Program-made: the position numbers and the translations under genes
DNA from: a bacterium
GTDB taxonomy: Bacteria > Zixibacteria > MSB-5A5 > GN15 > FEB-12
Direction: 5' to 3'
Length of the DNA stretch: 64,000 bases
Assembly (NCBI GenBank): GCA_043811375.1
Contig: JBDRNJ010000074.1
Span: forward strand, 32,001 to 96,000
The notes under the pieces: generated by a model
Seen by the model: the letters and a program-made list of their open reading frames with translations, nothing else
What the model was told of the DNA's origin: nothing
The model's database searches: none
Shown: piece by piece, positions 59,052 through 64,000 of the stretch
How the letters are laid out: each line of letters opens with the position of its first letter
How positions within the stretch are numbered: the stretch's first letter is position 1

Positions 59052-60278
59052 TCAGATACTTCTGATAAGGGAAAGATACTCTTTGGCCCATCGCTCACGG
59101 TGGTGATAGCGAAGGATATGCTCATGGTACTGCCGTCCCAACCGGCTACCGTCAATCTCCCCTGATTTCAGCCGCAGAATGAGATCACTCAGCCGGGTCG
59201 GATCATCGGTAGGAAACCACAATGCTCCACCAGCCTGCTCCAACTCTCGCACCGCCTCACCCTCACGCGCGCCAAAGACAATCGGACGTCCTGACGCCAT
59301 GTACTCAAAAAGCTTGCAGGGGAAAGTCCCCTTAGCTATCGGTACTTCTCGCAAACTCTCAACCAGCACATCACTGGCCTGTAGAAAGTAGGGGATTGAT
59401 TCCAGAGGTTGCAGTCCGATAAAGCTAACGTTCTTCAGACCGTAGTCGCGGACCATTCCCTCCAGGGCACCTCGTTTCTGACCATCGCCGGCGAATACGA
59501 AATAAATATCGGGATGGTCAACCAGTTGGCGGGCAGCCTCAATCACCGTTTCCAGACTATGAGCCCACCCCAGTGTACCGGAGTATAGAACGAGGAATTT
59601 TTCATCCCAACCGAATTTCTTACGAATACCGTTTGAGTCGGCATCGAGAAACTCATTGTCCACACCCGACTTGACAGTCATTACGCGAGCAGTCGAATGA
59701 CCGATAGTTATCATATAATCGGTGATGCCGTCAGTGGCCGACACGATATGATCCGCCTTGCGATAGAGCGCGTGCATGAACTTCTTCAGCAACCGCGTAA
59801 ACAACGACCGCTTAAGATTGCCGAACTCCTCACTCGACTCCGGCTGCAGGTCACGAATCTCAATAACAAACCTGGCCCGATTCAATCTGGCCAGAATCCA
59901 GCCTATTACCGGTGATGTTACCGGAGGCGATGACGCCAGAACCAGGTCAAAACGATCCTTGATCCGAAACGAGTTGATCAGAGTGGTAACCAGGAAGATT
60001 ATAAAGCCCACCATCCTCTTGCCGGGGTAACGGTTAGCTACCGGCAAAGCCCAGCTTCGGTAGACCTTGACACCATCCATCTCCTCGGTATAAAAAAAAT
60101 GTCCCCGGTACTTTTTGGGCACAATACCATCCGGATAGTTGGGAATAGCAGTCAATACCGAAACATTCTCCCCCTGTTTGACAAAAAAGCGGGCAAATTC
60201 AAAAAGGCGTCGAACGGCTCCTTTCTCCGGAGGAAAATGCTGCGTGACTATCAGAATATTCATATCTACCTGAGACAA
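59052..60278 (-). CDS. GT4 glycosyltransferase (WbuB-like)
   Basis: VTQHFPPE, PNYPDG, YSGTLGWAHSL and PCKLFEYMASGRP. Confidence 0.92.
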   Translation of the reverse strand: MSQVDMNILIVTQHFPPEKGAVRRLFEFARFFVKQGENVSVLTAIPNYPDGIVPKKYRGHFFYTEEMDGVKVYRSWALPVANRYPGKRMVGFIIFLVTTLINSFRIKDRFDLVLASSPPVTSPVIGWILARLNRARFVIEIRDLQPESSEEFGNLKRSLFTRLLKKFMHALYRKADHIVSATDGITDYMITIGHSTARVMTVKSGVDNEFLDADSNGIRKKFGWDEKFLVLYSGTLGWAHSLETVIEAARQLVDHPDIYFVFAGDGQKRGALEGMVRDYGLKNVSFIGLQPLESIPYFLQASDVLVESLREVPIAKGTFPCKLFEYMASGRPIVFGAREGEAVRELEQAGGALWFPTDDPTRLSDLILRLKSGEIDGSRLGRQYHEHILRYHHRERWAKEYLSLIRSI

Positions 60279-60375
60279 TTCTACCAGTTTATTGTTTCCC
60301 GAGCAAGGTTTTTTTGCCTGCGGCAGTTAATAATTACCTTCCCCAACACGGTATCTGTTGCCAGTTCCGACTCGG

Positions 60376-60954
60376 TTAACCGGAAGGCGGAAATTCCTCA
60401 CCCGACAACGAGAATGTCCGGACGGAAACCCACTTATCACCCACCATGGGAGCGATCAAATCCAGCTTGCGGGCCACAAACCTCTCGTTCGGCAAATATG
60501 AGACAATTCTATCCTTGACAAATACTACTCGGTGATGAGATATCTCGCGAGCCACCGTGACGTGTGGCTTAAGCTCCTCGTGAGGAGGCATCAACCCCAA
60601 ACTGCTGTATAGACGAGAATACAGGTGGTTGAGATCGTCATTTCTTCTGACCTGCCAGTAAATAACCGGGTACCGGGGGTAGTAATCACCTATTGAATCC
60701 AGCTCTATCACAGCCGGCTTATGGAGATCGGATTCAGCCTTGATCAAACCGGCCAGTTCATCTATCGACTGGCCGGATGTAAACGGGAAAACCAGAGTTA
60801 TATGGGCTGATACCAGATTGTACAGGGGGTCATACTTTTCCCGCATGGGCGCGACGATTTCATCCAGATGAGAGGGCAGGTATATCACCACCGCATAACG
60901 GTTTTGACGTCGGTCCTCCAGATTGCTGCGCAGGTAGTCATAATAAGTTGACAC
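60376..60954 (-). CDS. 2H phosphoesterase (2'-5' RNA ligase family)
   Basis: Two HxT motifs: AHITLVFPF and PHVTVAR. Confidence 0.88.
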   Translation of the reverse strand: MSTYYDYLRSNLEDRRQNRYAVVIYLPSHLDEIVAPMREKYDPLYNLVSAHITLVFPFTSGQSIDELAGLIKAESDLHKPAVIELDSIGDYYPRYPVIYWQVRRNDDLNHLYSRLYSSLGLMPPHEELKPHVTVAREISHHRVVFVKDRIVSYLPNERFVARKLDLIAPMVGDKWVSVRTFSLSGEEFPPSG

Positions 60955-60968
60955 GTCAGGTTCTCCGC

Positions 60969-62465
60969 CTATCGAAAAAACACAATCTCCACCCGCCGAT
61001 TCTGAGATCGACCCCGGGCGGTGTCGTTGGGGGCAATGAAGTTGCTCTCGCCGCGACCGAAAACCTTTATCCGGTCCTCGGCCACCCCCATAACCACCAG
61101 GTAATCCCGAACTCTCCGGGCTCTTTTCTCCGACAGATCCTGGTTGGCGCGAGCTTGACCAATATTGTCGGTATAACCGGTAATTTCAAGCTTGATATCG
61201 GGCACGAAATTCAGCACCCTCGCCAATTCCTCCAGACGCTCCTGGTTGGCCGGGTCAACCTCAAACGAACCCGGCACATAATCAATATGCAATATCATCG
61301 GCTCGTTGAGAAAGGGCAGGTCGATACAACCATGGCGGTCGACATCCGCACCCCACAGAGTATGGGGGCAGTCATCGAGTCCGTCCGGAACTCCGTCCAG
61401 GTCGGAATCTATCGGGCAGCCTCTGGCATCAACTATCGCACCGATGCGGTTGGCCGGGCATCCGTCCAGATAATCGGGGATACCGTCAAAATCGGAATCC
61501 ACCGGACATCCGAAGATGTCCACTCGTCCGGCTGCTCGAGGCTCCGTATTAGGACAGTCATCCCACTCGTCGTTGACGCCGTCACCGTCGGAGTCCATGG
61601 CACAGCCCCGTCGGTCGACCCGGGCGCCGGCCGGAGTACCGGGGCAATCGTCATTCTTATCGGGTACGCCGTCGCCATCGATGTCGGCTGTTGCCGTTGA
61701 TTTCGGCTCATCCGGTGTTACCGTCTGCCAGGCCGTTTCGGATCGCCATTGATGACCACTGACGCGTCCCCCAAAGGAAAAACCAACTGCCAACAACGAC
61801 CCCATCAGCCACCGCGGCCGACTCGAATTGACACCGACTCTGAACTCGGCGCCGGCGGTTGTCAAATGATCCACTTGCAGGCGCCACTTTAACGAAAATC
61901 TATCAGACAGCGATACTTCCATGCTGCCGCAACCGGTCACGAACAATTCCGAGGCCCGGTAACTGACTTCTTCATTGCGAGCTCCGCGAGCTGTCAGGAT
62001 CGTATCAGCCGGCGGGTCCATGAACTTCCAGGTCATGAGACCGCCGCCCAGCCCGACCGCCACGCTGATCCGCCCGCCACTCAGCAGCCGGCGTCCGGCC
62101 AGCAATCCGATCCGGGTTGCCCGCCATTTGAGTGTGGCGTCGGTGGCGTCCCCGCCAAACGACCAGCCCGATCCGGCTGTGGAATCATTGAAGAGTTGAT
62201 AAGTGGTCAGGCTCAAACCCAACGTCCACCGCTCGTGAAAACAATAGGTCACACCGCCACCCCAGGCGCGGTCAACAGTGAACCTGGCCGAATCGGCGCT
62301 GCCGCCCCGTAACGTCGCCAGACCGCCCCTGACATCCACCGTAAAACGGTGATCGGGACACCCGGCCGACACCCCGGCCGACATGATAGCTGCGGTCATA
62401 CCGACCACCGCCAAAAATCCGACGGTGCGCCCGACCATTGGCCATTTACCAGCATCAGGAGACAT
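60969..62465 (-). CDS. OmpA family protein (beta-barrel, TSP3 repeats, PG-binding domain)
   Basis: DxDGDGVxDxxDxCP repeats; ITGYTDNIG, NQDLSEKRA and NRRVEI. Confidence 0.92.
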   Translation of the reverse strand: MSPDAGKWPMVGRTVGFLAVVGMTAAIMSAGVSAGCPDHRFTVDVRGGLATLRGGSADSARFTVDRAWGGGVTYCFHERWTLGLSLTTYQLFNDSTAGSGWSFGGDATDATLKWRATRIGLLAGRRLLSGGRISVAVGLGGGLMTWKFMDPPADTILTARGARNEEVSYRASELFVTGCGSMEVSLSDRFSLKWRLQVDHLTTAGAEFRVGVNSSRPRWLMGSLLAVGFSFGGRVSGHQWRSETAWQTVTPDEPKSTATADIDGDGVPDKNDDCPGTPAGARVDRRGCAMDSDGDGVNDEWDDCPNTEPRAAGRVDIFGCPVDSDFDGIPDYLDGCPANRIGAIVDARGCPIDSDLDGVPDGLDDCPHTLWGADVDRHGCIDLPFLNEPMILHIDYVPGSFEVDPANQERLEELARVLNFVPDIKLEITGYTDNIGQARANQDLSEKRARRVRDYLVVMGVAEDRIKVFGRGESNFIAPNDTARGRSQNRRVEIVFFR

Positions 62466-63754
62466 CAGTACAGTTTCCTCAACTGGACACCGGTATAGTA
62501 GTGAGTCAGAATCCGATCAAACGACGACCCGGCCCGGGCCATACCGATGGCGCCACACTGACACATGCCGACACCGTGTCCGTAACCGCTGCCCGAGAAA
62601 GTTATCTTGCGAACGTTACCGGAGCCGTCACGATCGATCTTAACGTCAAAGCGGTCGGAAGGCAGAATCAGGTCCGGGTTGGAAGTACGGCCGACCATCC
62701 AGCGGATACGATCTTTGTGAAATCTGTAGACGTCGCTGTCGGTGCGTATCAGCAGACGTGCCACCCGGCCGCCGGGAGTATGTTCGGCAATACGAACGTC
62801 CTGGATGCTACCTATACGCAGGTCTCGTCCCCGATCACCGGCCAGATACTGCTCCACCCGGCCCCTCAACTGCGACTCCGTAAACACTTCCTGCCATCGG
62901 TAGTATTTCGACCAGGAACAGGCGGTATCATCCGCCACCGCCTTCAGGTAGGGAATCTCCTTACGGTCCCAGACATGTGAGATGTTGTCGGTCATACCGC
63001 CGCAGGTCGAGTGATAGTAGGCGTTGATCAATTCATCATGGTAAGTAATAACTTTTCCGGCAGTAGCATCAATAGCCCGGTTGATCAATACGTTTTCGAC
63101 GTCACCCCCTTCATATACCTGATCGATAATGCTGGACTTCATGTCGTACGGCTCCCCCTCGTACTGTTTCAGATGGGCCATGGCATGGGTGCGGGCGGCT
63201 ATCGCCTGGGCCTTGACGGCTTCTATTTCCTCATCGGACCTCCGGCCAATCTCGGGCGGCACCACTCCCCGCAAGTAGTCCTCCATGTAGACAATGTTTA
63301 CCAGCCGGACATTGCGGCCATAAGGAAGTACTTTGATTATCCCCCGGTAACTTTTACGGTCGAGTTGTACTCGGTTGTCGGTTCCCCGCGGAATGATATT
63401 GACCTCGTCCACCAGTTCCTGAATCGAACCCCCACCGGGATTTTCGACGGTTAGTTTCAAACCCTCGTTTCTGACCGTAACCGGACGCGATGAATAGTAA
63501 ACTGTCTGTTCCCCACCGGCCAGGCATTCCACGGCAAACGACCGGGTCGTACTCAGGACCACCTCACTGGTGTTATCCTTCAGCAGAACCCGCACGAACG
63601 GAATCCTGATAAAGGAACCCGACCGCTCCTCCTTCAAACCCGGAACGGTGGCACAACTCCACACCAGAGCCATCAGGAACAGGGCGGTACCGATTCGGGC
63701 CACCAGTCTGGCGGCCGAGTGCAGAAAGGACGTCGTTCTGGAATCGTTGCTCAT
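62465..63754 (-). CDS. SpoIID/LytB domain protein (lytic transglycosylase-like), probable lipoprotein
   Basis: EDYLRGVVPPE, KAQAIAART, YHSTCGG and GYGHGVGMCQCGA; lipobox-like VWSC. Confidence 0.92.
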   Translation of the reverse strand: MSNDSRTTSFLHSAARLVARIGTALFLMALVWSCATVPGLKEERSGSFIRIPFVRVLLKDNTSEVVLSTTRSFAVECLAGGEQTVYYSSRPVTVRNEGLKLTVENPGGGSIQELVDEVNIIPRGTDNRVQLDRKSYRGIIKVLPYGRNVRLVNIVYMEDYLRGVVPPEIGRRSDEEIEAVKAQAIAARTHAMAHLKQYEGEPYDMKSSIIDQVYEGGDVENVLINRAIDATAGKVITYHDELINAYYHSTCGGMTDNISHVWDRKEIPYLKAVADDTACSWSKYYRWQEVFTESQLRGRVEQYLAGDRGRDLRIGSIQDVRIAEHTPGGRVARLLIRTDSDVYRFHKDRIRWMVGRTSNPDLILPSDRFDVKIDRDGSGNVRKITFSGSGYGHGVGMCQCGAIGMARAGSSFDRILTHYYTGVQLRKLY

Positions 63755-64000
63755 TTTTTTTCTTTCACCGGGGGCTGCACAATCCTGCCCAGTATCGGTT
63801 TGATCCCGGTGCGGTTATTCTTCCGATGCCGCATTAACGGCTCGGATCGTAAACAAGCTTCGCCCAGGACTGCAAATGAGGCCGCCTCCACCAGATCACC
63901 GTCCCAGCCAAGCTCGTCGACCGGTCGGACTTCAACCGCAGGTAACCGCTGCCGGAGTCGGTCTACCAGAAAGCTGTTCTTTCGACCTCCACCAGTCAAA
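63751..64000 (-). CDS. anmK: Anhydro-N-acetylmuramic acid kinase, C-terminal part (runs off the window)
   Basis: TGGGRKNSFL...EAASFAVLG...ILGRI matches the AnmK C-terminus. Confidence 0.8.
   Translation of the reverse strand, partial: LTGGGRKNSFLVDRLRQRLPAVEVRPVDELGWDGDLVEAASFAVLGEACLRSEPLMRHRKNNRTGIKPILGRIVQPPVKEKK

Overview
A gene-dense window from a diderm bacterium (bamA, skp, lpxD). The C-terminal 'DLTYLVxYLFQGGPxP' dockerin-like repeats suggest a Zixibacteria-like lineage (inference). From left to right it holds: a TPR protein and a cohesin-like protein; a solo Fe-S PD-(D/E)XK nuclease; accA-trm112-PTS IIA-mreC-mreD-mrdA-rodA without mreB; a secreted gluzincin-dockerin gene broken by +1 frameshifts at two 7-nt homopolymers; a lipid-carrier (GT-C) glycosylation operon; a REP cluster containing a 162-bp MITE; rplU-bamA-skp-lpxD-cysK-cysE; a second dockerin protein; rpsT, murJ and comEC. 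Next comes a motility/polarity locus: a DUF4388 protein, a small membrane protein, four Roadblock/LC7-domain proteins (one TPR-fused, one membrane-anchored), and an MglA GTPase with a long linker and a MinD-type membrane-targeting tail, directly upstream of pilB-pilT-pilC-pilS. The right end has a Ste24/GNAT/HMA/polyferredoxin operon, a REP-flanked HEPN-motif gene, fbaB, PhzF, DUF5916, GT4, a 2H phosphoesterase, OmpA, SpoIID and a partial anmK. The best candidates for new biology are the membrane-tethered MglA/multi-Roadblock module coupled to type IV pili and a non-cellulosomal dockerin/cohesin display system with a possibly switchable protease. I saw no rRNA, tRNA or CRISPR array. All family calls come from motif recognition by eye, not from database searches.
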